Shown here: positions 26,221 through 40,014 of the stretch, one piece after another
Position numbering within the stretch: the stretch's first letter is position 1
How the letters are laid out: every line of letters starts with the position of its first letter
Source: the human T2T-CHM13v2.0 reference genome, Homo sapiens
Assembly (NCBI RefSeq): GCF_009914755.1
Contig: NC_060925.1
Length of the DNA: 64,000 nucleotides
Reading direction: 5' to 3' (one strand)
Position numbers and translations under genes: made by a program
Notes under the pieces: model-generated
Told to the model about the DNA's origin: nothing
The model's input: only the letters and a program-made list of their open reading frames with translations
Databases searched by the model: none

Positions 26221-29200
26221 CACATGATACCTAAAGTCATGTGTAATCTACACAGATTTATTTTGAAATAATTTTGGGCTTGTATCCCATGGCATATTTA
26301 AGACTATCACCAGGAATCTCTGGGACTATTTGAGATAAAGTCACTTCCACATCCTGAGCCTTCCTCTCGTTGACAATTCTGTGCGTTCTCCCAGTCTCTA
26401 CAAAGAGGCTCTGTAGTCTATGAAAACAGAGACTTCTCTAAGCCATCATAAGGCCTAGTTAAGATAGAACAAAAAACCATTCTGTGGATTTAAGCAGAAA
26501 ATTGCATATTCACCAAGCCTCTGCAAATCCATACCCCCCACCCCTTGCAGACAGATATGGATGATGTTACCTCAACAGTTCCATTGGCACTGAACTTATT
26601 CTTGGGTGCAATGAATCTCATCACCCTCTACAGTTAAGTTTCATTCCCCTCATGCATAAAAAGGAGTAGGGAGACGCTTCTTGGTTCCATTTTAGTTTCT
26701 TTGACCGAACAGAGCCAAAGATCTCTTGAGTAGAATCAGCTACTTAGGTCAAGAACCCAGGTGTCTGGTATTTTCTTCTGTGTGCCTGAGGTTTGTAGAG
26801 AGGCTAAGACTCCTCCAGGAGCATCCCAGAGAAAAGCTCATTGCTCCTACAGAGGAAAGCAGTATACTACCCCGACTTCCTCTCATAACAGTGGGAACTG
26901 CTAAATGCCCATCAAAGCTCTTCTCTAGAGTTGTGTTGCATCTGCCTTAGCCTGTCTGCATCAGAGTAGATGCCAAAGATCCTTTCCAAACAGCAAAAAG
27001 ATAATAAGCTCAGATATAAATGAAGTACAATATCTAATAGGTGATTGTATGTCAGGGATGCTCATTTATGAGGCTGTAAAATGAATTTCGTTATAATGAA
27101 TGTCAATATTGTACATTCAAGTTTCAAGAACTCACAGTTTCAAAGTGTTTCAAACCATAGGGAATAAAGTAAAAGTTACTGATAGCTTGTCTTTGTGAAG
27201 AGGAAGTGGAAATTGAGATAAAGAGGCTAGACAATTGGGACTCCTGAAGCAATTGGGCTCATGTTCCTGGCTATTAGTGCCATATTCAGTTTTAATCAGA
27301 CAAAATCAGTTATCCAAATGTGAGTCAATGAGCATTATTTGCTTAATTGCTTTTAAATTATTTTTGTTTTTTGTTTTAGACAGTCTTATTTGATGTCATG
27401 TTGAGCTATGTTGGTTTTCTAGAAATATATTTATGTAGACAACTCACCATGGTGGCATAAATAAGCCCAAACTCTGGATCTTTAGATGTACACATATGTA
27501 TAATGGACTTATGTAGAATCATATCTCCTGCTAGCTGAATGAGCACTGTAGTATTTTGCTAGATGAAGGGAGACTAGAGATAATTCACTTATGAATAAAA
27601 CAAGTGAGATCTACCTAGCTCTTGGTCTAATCTCTGATCTGCAATGGATGTTCCCCAGTTGCCTTTCTCCTTTTTCCCTGCTACTGTGGCCAATTTGCAT
27701 AATGGTAGGTGGTCAGACACTAGATCCTGAGACACTATGGTAAAAACGAAGCAAAACGAATAAACAAAGAAAATAGAGGATGACTGAATACCCATTGAGT
27801 TTGAGAATAATGTTCTTATTATTTCTGATGATAATTTTCTGACTGACAGTGTACTTTGCCCACTTACTCATTCACTCAACAAAGTTTTACTATGTCCTCT
27901 TTTCATTGCTCTAATCATTGAAGATACAAGGAATATGGCAGATCCATTTCTCTGTCCTTACAAATTTTATAGGTCAAGAGTAAAAGTAGACACAGAGACA
28001 GATGCTTGCTAAGTGAAGAAAGAATACTTAAGACTGAATATGCTTTTTGTGCAAGTACTTTTCAAAAGACAGAGGGTAATATAATGTTATTTCAGGGCCT
28101 TATTTCTCTCTCCTCCGTCCTCCCCACTACATACACAATAATTCTGTTATTTCTTTTCAATACCTGATTCTACTATAAAAGTTTTATTTCTGTAGCTTCT
28201 ACCATAAGAGTTTTACTGCTTCAGCTTATAGCTTTACCTATACAAATCCCATATATTTGAGTGCATGTGTGTATGAGAGAGAGAAAGACCTCTTAGGTTG
28301 TTATATTACTTTTGATTATGACTGAGTTCCAACTCCTTTCTTAAAACAGGCTTAAATTAGAAAACAGAAAAGAGAGTGGTAATATATACCACTGGGGGTA
28401 AGAGCTGGTGAAAAAGAGTAAAGAACTCTTCTCCAGAATTTGGCCTGGGGATTTCTACCTCTCTTTACACCCTATCCTTTACTTCTTTATTCCTAGGATT
28501 TTCTCTTAAGGAATTGAGGCCCCAGATGAAATCTTTCTTCTTATCTTTCAAGTTTCATTCCTAGCATAAGATCCATATTCTGAAATGATTAGACTATTGT
28601 CTTAATCACACTGTCCACTAGGGCTTCTTCTCACACAAAAGTTTAGAAAACTCTGTACCCTGCTGAATAAGTTTCACTGGGTTCAGCCTCTTCCCTTTCA
28701 GTGGAAGTTTCAAGGACAAATGGAAAACTCAAGTATCATTCTTACATCTCTATGAAACAAATTTTGCAATAATTCATATTGCCCTTTTGTGTCATGAAAC
28801 TGGCTCTACAATGTTGGCCCAAGGTTGATCCAAATAAAACTTTGATTGTGGGCTGTTGTCACAGTTTCATTGACCAGATCCTACCTTCCAGGCTGGGTGC
28901 ACCAGGCTGCTTTCTGTACACAATTATATTCAAGAGAACAGGTCTAAAACTCTTTGGACATGGTTGTTGACCCATTTTTTCTCCCTAATATTCCTGTGAG
29001 AAATTCTAGAGAAAAAGCACAAATGGGTCATTGTTTCAATTTTACCCCAGTTAATTCTGTAAAGAATTGCAGTACCAGAGAAAATTTACATTAGACTGGT
29101 AGCAGTATACTGCAGTCCAAGTGTGTTACTCCCGATAGGTATTGTTCTGGGATGGATAACACTGTCACATTGTTTTCATTGTGTTTACTCAGAGTCACAG

Positions 29201-30299
29201 AGAAATCTTACGTATTTCTTTTTCTTTCTTTTTTTTTTTTTTGGAGAAGCTTTCAATTGGCATGTGAGTGGCTAGTAGTTTTTCCATCATAATAACTAAG
29301 AAAATAGCATTATTCTCTTTGAGAGTGGCCTTGCCTCCACACTATGCACGTCACCGTTGACAATTTCATCTCTCTATGACCTCTGGAAACTGTTATTAGA
29401 AAGTGGTTACTTTCTGCAGTCATTTTTGTACATGTTACATCTAAGGAGAGATAAAGCGGTAAATTTTTTTTGCTTTTGTGGATTGTGATCATTAATACCT
29501 GGAGTAAATGTTACTTTCCACTCTGAGTGACTCATGTGGACATGGTACCTGTAGCTACCTGTCTTCTGAACTTCTTCATAACAATGCATAGCCCCAGGGC
29601 TTCTGGCTGAGGTCATCAGAGAAGAAAGGGTAGAATTAGTTTTGAAATACCAATGGCTTCTGATACAGATATTTTTTACTGTTTGAAAATTTCAGGTTAG
29701 TAGTGGCAATCTTGCTGAATCTACCCCCCAACATAGTTGATGTTAATGGATGATTGAAGCAAGAAACATGACAATTCATGTAAAAAGCCAAAGTTACAGA
29801 AAAGAGGAGAAATAAATGCAAAAGCTATAATAAATAATATGTTAAAAAGTGGTTGGGCTTCCATAAGTTTTCAACATTGTAAATTTTAAAAAGTCAATGA
29901 TTTTACCGTGTAATGGTATGTAAATCACAAGATTTCCTCTAAGTAGGAAGTTGCTACCATTAGTGACAAGAATAAAATGCCTGGTACAAAAAGAGAGCTA
30001 GTATAGTTTAATTTTTCTTTAAGAGTATGAGTCAAAAAGCTTGAACAAAACCAGTTACAGATATTTTAACAATCTGCACATTCACAAAATACAAATGGGA
30101 ACAAATTAGACCTTCTCTCCTAAGTGTATTTGTAAGTTGCAAAATATTTGCAAATCAATTTCTGTAGACCTTAGAAATACTTCTTTCTGAGTCAGGTCTT
30201 TCTAGAAGCAACACTTTTGTTAGTGATTTTGATTATTTGTGAATATTGCCTCATAATATGTTAGTGTGGTAGCTAAAAGGTACACAAACTGGGCTTTGC

Positions 30300-30596
30300 T
30301 TTTTTTTTTATTATTATACTTTAAGTTTTAGGGTACATGTGCACAACGTACAGGTTAGTTACATATGTATACATGTGCCATGCTGGTGTGCTGCACCCAT
30401 TAACTCATCATTTAACATTAGGTATATCTCCTAATGCTATCCCTTCCCCCTACCTCCACCCCACAACAGGCCCTGGTGTGTGATGCTCCCCTTCCTGTGT
30501 CCACGTGTTCTCATTGTTCAATTCCCACCTATGAGTGAGAACATGCAGTGTTTGGTTTTTTGTCCTTGCGATAGTTTGCTGAGAATGATGGTTTCC
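30300..30596 (-). mobile_element. 5'-truncated L1PA 3' end (L1PA4-6-like)
   Basis: ttattatactttaagttttagggtacatgtgcacaac...gcgatagtttgctgagaatgatggtttcc, canonical L1PA 3'UTR. Confidence 0.93.
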
Positions 30597-30849
30597 TGAG
30601 CTGGTTCTTTCCTCAAAACCAAGTTTTCCCAAATTACTGTACTTTCCTTTCCACATGCATTTTATATTTGGCTCTCTTTCCCTTTCTTTCAATGCCTGGT
30701 TCTAGAACCTTGCTACTAGTTCGGCTGTCAAAATCGCTTTCAGCTCCCTCCACTTAAGACTTCAGCTTTCTTATTATCAACACTTCCTTTCCTATTTGGT
30801 GTTGACACTCTCCCAGAGAAGATGGTAAGGACTGGAGTGGAGGTACAGG

Positions 30850-31345
<496 letters not shown>

Positions 31346-32618
31346 GAAGAGAAGAAGAACTTGATAGGGAAGAGTGAGATTAGATGTTTTCACTGCTCTT
31401 GCTGTTATTATAGATTACCTGAGTCCCAAGATCTTTCTTTCCATATTCTTTCTCTTGCTCTACCCCAGCCTAGCTGATATGACTTTATCACAGAACTTCT
31501 ATGTCCATGGTCCCTAGGATGTCCCAGCCTAGAAACAATGAACTATTAATAGTTTGTATACATCTTGAAGTTCCCTACTAGGTAAAAATCCACCTTCAGG
31601 AGGAAAACTCAAACCCAGTGATTCAAGCAACATCCAGTTGCTAAATATTGGGGCAGCAAATCCTGCATCCCTAGTGTGAGTAGACATTTCAGAGTAGTGG
31701 CTGGATCACCTTTATCTGAAGGCTTTGCTGACAACTTATGCAATTGAGAAATTGTTCCCCTTTTCTAATGCCTGTTCACCTTCTGCAAAACCCACACACC
31801 TGTGCTAAAACTGTCAGCACAGCACCATAAGCTTTATATTCAGACCTAGGTCTTTGAGCATTGAGTATTCTCTGGAGAATAACCTGGTTCTAACATCAGA
31901 GGGTAGGAGTCTGGGGAGAGGGTTAGGCAAAGCCTGTCTTATAGTTTGTTGTGAGGTAAGCAAATTAAAAATTATACCACCCTTTTATTAATTTCTTTGT
32001 GAACCTCTCAATCTCACTTTCTTCTAATATCTTTTTTCATTAACTTTAATTAGGTTGACATATTGCCTTATTTTTCAAAAAGCTCTACTTTTGGAGAATG
32101 TATTTAGAGAGAGGGACTACTCCCCCTGTACCCCAATAGATGAGCTCTGGTCCGAAGACTCTCAAGATTTGAAGGGAGCTCTCTGTACATTAGCAAAGCT
32201 TCCTGTACCCCCCTCCTTCTCCCCCAGCATTCCAGAATCTGGACAAAAACAGCCACAGATAAGCTATAGTTTTTCCAGGCTGTCCTGTGTAATTATCTTT
32301 TCCCAGCCGCAGGACACCCAAGGCAGCACACCACTACCTGTTCCCCACTCACACTTGCATCGTGCTGTCTTGCCTTTGTAAGTGAAAACCTAACACTTAT
32401 AACAGGTATGGTAATCTCCAAAGCCCACACAAAGTAGATTTGTTATAATCTTACAGAGGATTTCCTGAGTTTCTCCAGCAGTATCTTCTTCTCACAAAAT
32501 TTGGAGAAGGGAAACAGCTTACCATTTTCCAGTTAGCAGAGTTTTTCAAAATCAGTAAGGCACGCATAGGGGAGGAAGAGGTGGAATTCTCACAGTCAAA
32601 TTCCTAAGTGTTGGCAGC

Positions 32619-34289
32619 TGTCTTAGTTCATTTTGTGCTGCTACAACAGAATAGCTGAGACTGCTCTCGCATTGTTTATGCTTGCAGAATTAGCACCACG
32701 TGGACAACTTGTGCCTTCCAGAGCAGTGGGTCAATCAGTACGTGGGCACATTTGAGCCATGGCTGGGACAGCTGAGGGACACTGTACCAGAATGTGGGGA
32801 ACAGAGTCTTGAGGGGACACAGAGCAGTGAATGTTGAGGTCCCACAAACACCTCTCTGGAAATCTTACCTTCAAGGTTCTAGCTTGCCTCGAAGATATCT
32901 GAAATGCCTTTGGGATTATTCTCCCATTGTGTTGATTAATAGAACAGAACTTGGCTTCCTTCAATCCATATTTCATGATGCTCAAGCTGGTCAGGGTACA
33001 GCTTCTTTTTATACATTTTAGGGAGACATAACACATCAATTAACAAATGTAAGACTGACACTGGTTCAATCTGAAAGGGTGGGACAACTTGAACAGGGGA
33101 CTTCCATGTCATAGGTAGATTTAAACATATTCTGATTGGCAATTGGTTGAAAGAGTTACTATCAGTAGGAAGGAATGTCTGGGTTTCTATAAGGGGTTGT
33201 GGAGACCAAGTTTTATCATGCAGATGAAGCCTCCAAGTAGTGGGCTTTAGAGAGAAGACTATAAATGTTTCTTATCGGACTTAAGATTGGTGCTGATGTT
33301 AAGGCTGGACGGGTATAACAAAGCATGTCCAACCCTTACTTCCCATCATGGCCTGAACCAGTCTTTCAGGTTAAATTTTACAGTGTCCTGGCCAGAGAGG
33401 AAGTCCATTCAGATGGTTGCAGGGGGCCTTCAAATTTTATTTTTGGTTTACAAAGCCATGTAGCACCTTGAATATTTTGCTTCTTAGATACTTCTTCTGC
33501 CAGATATCCTAGTTCATTACTCTTAATTTCTGCCTTCCACAAAGTTCTAGGACACGGACATAATTTTGCCAAGTTCTTTGCAACTATTCAGCAAAGACAT
33601 CCTTTATCCTAGTTTCCAATACCTTGTTTCTAATTTCCATCTGAGATCTCATCAGAATGGCCTTTACTGCTCATATTTCTACGAGCATTATGATCACAAC
33701 CACTTAATCACTAGGAAGATTTAGGCTCTCTCTATAGCTCTTCTACCCTTCAGATTCCATTCACAACTATCTAGGCTTTATCTAGCCTTCTTCTCCAAAT
33801 TCCTCCAGCCTCTACCCATTTCTCAGTTTTAAAGTCTCTTCCACATTTTGAAGTGCTTATATAGCAGCACCTCCACTTCTGGTACCCATTTTCTGTTTTA
33901 GTCCATTTTGTGTTGCTATATCAGAATACCTGAGTCTGTGTAACCTACAAAGAACAGAAATTAATTTCATACAGTTCTGGAGGCTGGGAATTCTAAGATC
34001 AAGGGTCCCACATGTGGTGAGGTCCTTTTTACTGTATAATTCCATGATGGAAGGTTGAAGGGCAAGAGAGCAAAAGAAGAGAGAAGGGAAGAGGGCTGAA
34101 CTCATCCTTTTACCAGGAACCTACTCCCACAATAACTAACCCATTCCTGCAATAATAACATTAACCTGTTCATGACTGCAGAGCCCCCATGACCTAATCA
34201 TCTCTTAAAGGTCCCATGTCTCAACACTGTTGCATTGGGTATTAAGTTTCCAACACATGAACTTTGAGGGACACATTCAAACTATAGCA
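32619..34289 (-). mobile_element. MST-type MaLR element: full LTR 33894-34289, internal segment, and ~45-bp stub of the second LTR at 32619
   Basis: Both LTR ends start tgt(c/t)ttagt(t/c)cattttgtg; MaLR-int end ccacttctggtacccattttc directly abuts the full LTR. Confidence 0.82.
32972..33452 (-). mobile_element. MER4A-type ERV1 LTR nested in MST internal region, 3'-truncated
   Basis: Reverse complement begins tgtaaaccaaaaataaaatttgaaggcccc...accatctgaatggacttcc. Confidence 0.82.
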
Positions 34290-35665
34290 GTAGGGAAACC
34301 TTCTATCCTGGATTAAGTACCAGTATACTCCACCCAGTATACTCCAACCAGGCTAGTGGCAAGGAGTGGGAGTAAATACAGTTACAAAGGCTTGAACATG
34401 CACTAGCAAAGGCTCAAAATTGAGAACCCTGGGCCACTTTCGGCGCTGAATTTAGTCAGGGCTTGGAATCTCATGCATAGTCCACACTATCTTTGAATCA
34501 CAGGATCAAATGTGGCAGATAAAATACACAATGTAATTCACACTATTGAATGCGCCTGTTGCTACCATAGTTGTTGACTATTGCTTTCATTTACTTAAAA
34601 CTATCAACATTGTTTAAAGTAAAAAGATAAGAAGATTTTTTATTGGATTACTGTTTCTTATCATAGACAATGGCTCAAAATAAAATATCATGGCTGCTAC
34701 TTGAGCTGCATCTCTTAAACATTCATATTGAACTCCTGAAAATATAAACTGAGGTCCTTCCAGATTTAGCTTTCGCTATTGAATTGGGAGCAGTATGACT
34801 TTGCCATTGCTATTAATATTAATATATATCTATTAATCTGAGAAATACTGTATATTGCTTCAAGGTCTTATCCGAGAAAGTAGAAGTCCTTTGTAACATG
34901 CTCGTTTGGTTTTTTGGCATTCTGACATTTTGCAGATGAACAATTGCTCAATATGTAAAGTCTAAATGGCTGTCTTTATTCAATAAAGTATTGTATTATT
35001 GAATGAATTACAAAGAGGCAGTATCCTTTGCACATTAACTTTGAATCTACTGCTTAGAGCACAATTCTGATTTTCTTTCAGATGCTAATAACACACTGTC
35101 CAGGCAAAGTAAAGTTATTTTCTAAAAGGAATTGGAAAGACTGGTTTGCTTTAATTTTTTTGCTTAATAATGGTTTCTTATAGTAACAGAGTAACTTTTT
35201 CTCTTATTGTTCATTATGGTAATTTGAACTCAGTTGATACTCTTCTGCTTTTGGTAAGTTAAAATATTATTGATTATAAAATAATTAAATGAAGAATAGA
35301 ATTCTTTTCTTATGGCATGTGTTAATTGTAATGGTTGTTTATTCTTCTAAAGAGAATAAAGAGTTATCACATAATGCTACCAGCATAAATATACATAATA
35401 TTAGCTAGGCAGTTTAATATCGTGGAGAGATTATTGTACTTGGGGTAGATAGGGCTATCTACCTGCTTCTTACATGGGTTTGGAATATTTACTTATTAGG
35501 TTATTTACTTGGATGTTGAGTAAATCATTATAACCTCTTGTAATCTCAGTTTTCTCATCTATAAAATGCAAATAAAACTTGACATTGTCAACATCCTAAA
35601 GTTATTATGAGATGAAGTCAATGGGATTAGGTTTGTGAAAGTGCATTGTTAACTATACAGCACTA

Positions 35666-35980
35666 GCCAGGCACAGTGGCTGTCACCTGTAACCCCAGCA
35701 CTTTGGGAGGCTAAGGTGGGTGGGTTGCTTGAGCTTGGAAGTTCCAGACCAGCCTGGACAACATGGTGAAATCCTGTCTCTACAAAAAATACAAAAAATT
35801 AGCCAGGCATGGAGGCACATGCCCATAGTCCCAGCTACTTCAGGGTCTGAAGTGGGAGGGATCACTTGAGCCCAGGAGGTCGAGGCTGTAGGGACCCAGG
35901 ATCACACCACTTCACTCCAGCCTGGGTGACAAAGTGAGACCCTGTCTCAGAAAAACAAAAACAGAAACAGAAACAAAAAT
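35666..35980 (+). mobile_element. AluJb-like, after a MIR fragment (~35480-35655)
   Basis: Dimeric Alu with ctctacaaaaaatacaaaaaattagcc; degenerate TSD aactatacagcacta / aaatatatagtacta. Confidence 0.93.
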
Positions 35981-36559
35981 ATATAGTACTATTATGTAAC
36001 AATTAATATGTTATATAATAACATTATGTAACAAATAACTATTAATAACAATATGATCAAAATATATTAAAAATTTGTTCCCTCATTGTCAGAAAAACTT
36101 GAAAAATGCTTCCCTGAGTTTTGTTATAGAATTCCTTAAGAATCAACTTTTTGAAGCAATTTGATATAGTCTGATCTAGAATTCCAAATACTTGAATAAA
36201 TTTCTCACTTTTCTGCTGAGTTGCTCTGAAACCTTAGACAAGAGTCTACATTTCCATGTTTTGATCATTTCTCCCAGTAAAATTGGTCCTTCCTTTATCC
36301 CTTACTGAATTATGGTGACTGTAGTAGGTTTTGAGAGATGAAATCTGAAGAAGACTGAATCTGTTAGTCATGAATGTTAATAGTTTGGAAACATAAATAC
36401 TGATAAATGTTATGGGAACTAATGAAAGGGAGTCTGATCATCACCCTTTATGTGTCTTCTGGAGTCGGTAGTAGAAATGTCCATTCATCCTTCTCTATTG
36501 AAAGTGCTGGTTGTGGTGAAAAAATCACTGACAAGTGAAGATAATTTTCAAATCATATG

Positions 36560-37140
36560 TGGTGTATGAGCAAGAGCCAAGTCTTAAAAAATGACACTAC
36601 AGTGGGTACTTCAAGAGTGGGAATTTAATACTGGGAGGTGGTTGCACAGGTGTTGAGGGAATAAAAGAGCAAAATGAAATACCAAGAAACACAAAAAAGA
36701 CCACAGGAAGCACCACCTCTTGGGCTGAGGGAACACAGAAAATGGATAGAACTGTCAGAGCTAGCAGCTTTGAGGAACTGGAGCTCACACCTTTGAGGAG
36801 GAGGTGGACAGAATTGTTGGGGGTAATGTGGGGGTAGCAACATGGGACTAGTTCTGAGACTGCTGAAAGAACCTAGAGGCGAACCAAACTGCTGCTGCTG
36901 CAATAAAGAGCGTTACTATGGGCATGCTGATAGGAAGAGCAAGAAATAGAAAAAAAAAAAAGAGAAAGAAAGAAATCCCTTTACCCCTGCCACGCTTTCA
37001 TTCTTTGTCTAGTGCTCCTTTTGGGGGGGCCCTTATAGAAAACCCACTGGCGAAGGAAGTATGTAGTTTTCAGAGTCCCAAACCCCAGCATCACAAAACA
37101 TAGACTGGAAGAGTAGACATGTAGCTGAGAGACAGTAGCC
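36560..37140. mobile_element. Ancient ERVL-class LTR relic (subfamily uncertain)
   Basis: cagagtcccaaaccccagcatcacaaaacatag...gctgagagacagtag resembles old ERVL LTR ends. Confidence 0.4.
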
Positions 37141-37539
37141 TGACGACCAGCCCACGTGGTTTTACAGAGAGGTAGCTGTGATAGCCTCAGGCCTGTGGAC
37201 ATAAACAATCTGTCTTTGCTAGAGTGACTGGAGCTTACTCATTTTTCCTTACTGTGGTGGTGATAACTTTCTACAAAATGGACCAAATCAAAAATGATTC
37301 AGGCTTGAAGCTTCAAATACTTAAGACAAAACAAAGCACTGCAAACCCCTCCCCTGAGTTTCCACTTCCTTTCAGTCTCATGATGTCTTCCCATTCCTAA
37401 TCTCTCAGGAGATTGTTGAAAAGCCAAGAGAAGATAGACAGATAAATTTATAAAAACATCTTAAATTGGCCTTTCCACTTTCCTGATTCATGCCTTGGTT
37501 CCATGCTGATGTAGTCTTAAAATAAAAGAATTTCAGAAT

Positions 37540-37700
37540 TAGAAATGACCTAAAATACTAGACCATTCACTTTTACAGATGAGAAACTGAGATAAAAAAA
37601 ATATTAAGTGACTTGCTCAAGCACATATTTAGAATCAAAGTTTATATTGGCTTCTGGATTTCCTAATTGCCAGGTCTGACTCATTCTACCACACCTGGCT
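37540..37700 (-). mobile_element. MIR fragment
   Basis: cttttacagatgagaaactgaga...taagtgacttgctcaag. Confidence 0.7.
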
Positions 37701-38617
37701 GCTAGATAAGTTTATTAGTTATTTTATGCACATTTGTTACCAATAGGTATATTCATTGACCTTAGACATTACTATGATTATCACAAACAACTGCATTATG
37801 ATTAATACTATGACAGCAGTTGCTGCCATTTCCAAAGGAAATATCAAATTTATACCTATGTCTTTATATCATGTCATTGAGTTGTTACTTTTGGCTCTGA
37901 TTATTATTGTATTCCAGGTTTCCATTGTTAGGAGAATCATATGTTGTGTCTAACCAGCTGAGAAAATAATGTTCATTGCTATGAGAGCCTCATATGAAAT
38001 ATAATTTTAGTTAATCAGGGCCAGCTGGCCAAACAAATTTTGTTGCTAAATATTACAACAAGTTTTGCCCTAAATATTACGAGGAATATAATTGAACCTT
38101 TTCACACTTTAAAAATATCACCTGAAATTCTTTTTATGTATAGATATTTTACAAGCTGTTTTTTAGTAATGTATATTTAAAATAATTTTTGTTCTTCCTT
38201 CTAGTGAATGCATATTATGATGGTTAATTTTGTGTGTCAATTGACTGGACTAAAGGAAACCCAGATAACTGTAAAATATTGTTTCTGGGTGTTTCTGTAA
38301 GGGTCTTTCTGGCAGAGACTAGCGTTCGAATCGGTAGACTGAGTAAAGAAGATCTACCCTCACCCAGTGTGGGCCGGCATTGTCCAAGCAATTGAGGGCC
38401 GAGATAGAACAAAAAGGTGGAGGAAAAGCTAATTCTCTCCCTCTCTCTTCTTGAGCTGGGGCATCCATCTTCTCCTGACCTTCGATCAGAGCTCCTAATT
38501 TCTTGAACTTTTGCCCCTGGAATTTTAACCAGCAAACTCCACCATCCCACCCCTCCCCTAGTTCTCAAGCCTTCAGACTCAGATTAATTATACCAATGAT
38601 TTTCCTGAGTCTACAGC

Positions 38618-38757
38618 TTCATGCCTTGGTTCCATGCTGATGTAGTCTTAAAATAAAAGAATTTCGGAATTAGAAGTGACCTAAAACACTAGACCATTCA
38701 CTTTTATAGATGAGAAACTGAGGTAAAAAAAAAAGTATTAAGTGACTTGCTCAAGCA
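38618..38757 (+). repeat. Dispersed direct duplicate of 37487-37623
   Basis: Aligned by eye: about 6 substitutions plus an A-run length change over ~137 bp. Confidence 0.95.
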
Positions 38758-38835
38758 GCTTGCAGATGGAATATCATGAGACTTCTTTTCTTCCATAACC
38801 ATGTGAGCCAATTCCCATGATAAATATCCTCTTAG

Positions 38836-38893
38836 ATATCTACATATCTATGTATCTATATCTATCTATCCATCTATCTATCTATCTATCATC
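38836..38893. repeat. Imperfect (TATC)n tetranucleotide repeat
   Basis: tatctatctatccatctatctatctatctatc. Confidence 0.85.
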
Positions 38894-39690
38894 TCCTATT
38901 GATTCTGTTTCTCTGGAGAACCCTAATTTATATACTTTTATAAGTTACCATAAAGAGTAGAAGAAATCTTTATAAACTCAGTAAGTTATGGCATAAAAAT
39001 GGTAACTGCATTTTAAAGTATTGGTATGAGATTTGGTTTCTAATCCCTATTGAATTCCCTATTATTCAATTCAATACATTCTTATTAGTTACTTACTTTA
39101 TTACTAAGCTCTAATAATTATTACCAAAAGCAATGGTAAAATATGAGCAAAATTATCTTTTTCTTGGCATATATTATGGTTCCACAAAGTCATACACACT
39201 CAATGTTTACTTGTCATGCAAGAATTCCTCCCTGTCCCATGACTGTTTAAAACTACTCATCCTCAACTTCTGCATTCTTTTCAGCTGAACATAGAGGGTG
39301 TAATGATCAGCTTCAGGGATGTTTTCTCAAAATAGATGGCCTTTGAATTGTGTATTTTAACAACGGAGGGAAGCATTTGCAGCAGATTCATCAGCATTTA
39401 GAAGGCTCAGAAAGGTGAAATGAGATAGTATTGAATTCAGGGAACTGCACTGGTGGCATGAAGATCCAGGCAGAGATGTCTATACCCAATTGGATGTGGA
39501 GAACACGAGAGACATCAAGGCTAAAGATGAAGATTTGGCAGTCAATGGTGTCATTAAAATCACCAGATTATATACAATACCCACAGAGAATGAAAACAAA
39601 GAGGTCAAAGACAGAATCCCGAGAAACACTAACATACTTGATAAACAAAGAGAAGCCAGCAGACAGATCTACGAAAAATGGTCATAGCAG

Positions 39691-40014
39691 TGTGGTAGGA
39701 CTTTCTCCTTCGTTTGGCTAAAAACAGGGTTCTCGTCACACAACCAGGAAAGATTAGGCTCACGGACACATAGAAAGGTGGGAAAAATGGAATTTATTGG
39801 GTGAAAAGGAAAAAAAATTCAGCAAAATGAGAGAGATTCCCATTAACAGGCCCCCACCTCACAGATTGAAACCCAGGTGCCCGCCCCCGAACACGAGAGG
39901 CCAGGATCCTCCCACCCTGCAAAGGGCTCAAACTTCCCAGGGCTCCACCCAGTTCTCCCAGTGCACAAGCTGGTTGGAAATTCTCCAGGAACCCCTTTAT
40001 ACTTGGCTGTCTCA
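39691..40014 (-). mobile_element. MER61-type ERV1 solo LTR
   Basis: TG...CA; reverse complement begins tgagacagccaagtataaaggggttcc; perfect 4-bp TSD GCAG at 39687-39690 and 40015-40018. Confidence 0.8.

Larger units (their letters stand above)
38216..38934 (+). mobile_element. ERVL solo LTR (MLT2B/C/D-like) carrying a foreign insert and (TATC)n
   Basis: tgatggttaattttgtgtgtcaattgactgg...tcctattgattctgtttctctggagaaccctaa. Confidence 0.87.

Noticed and set aside
34320-34347. Short tandem duplications (also ~4188, ~9990, ~57100, ~61527)
   Set aside because: Ordinary slippage duplications of 9-31 bp with no wider pattern.
39950-39990. p53 response element in the MER61 LTR
   Set aside because: Some MER61 subfamilies carry p53 sites, but here I see only one mismatched half-site (cagcttgtgc on minus), not two RRRCWWGYYY decamers.
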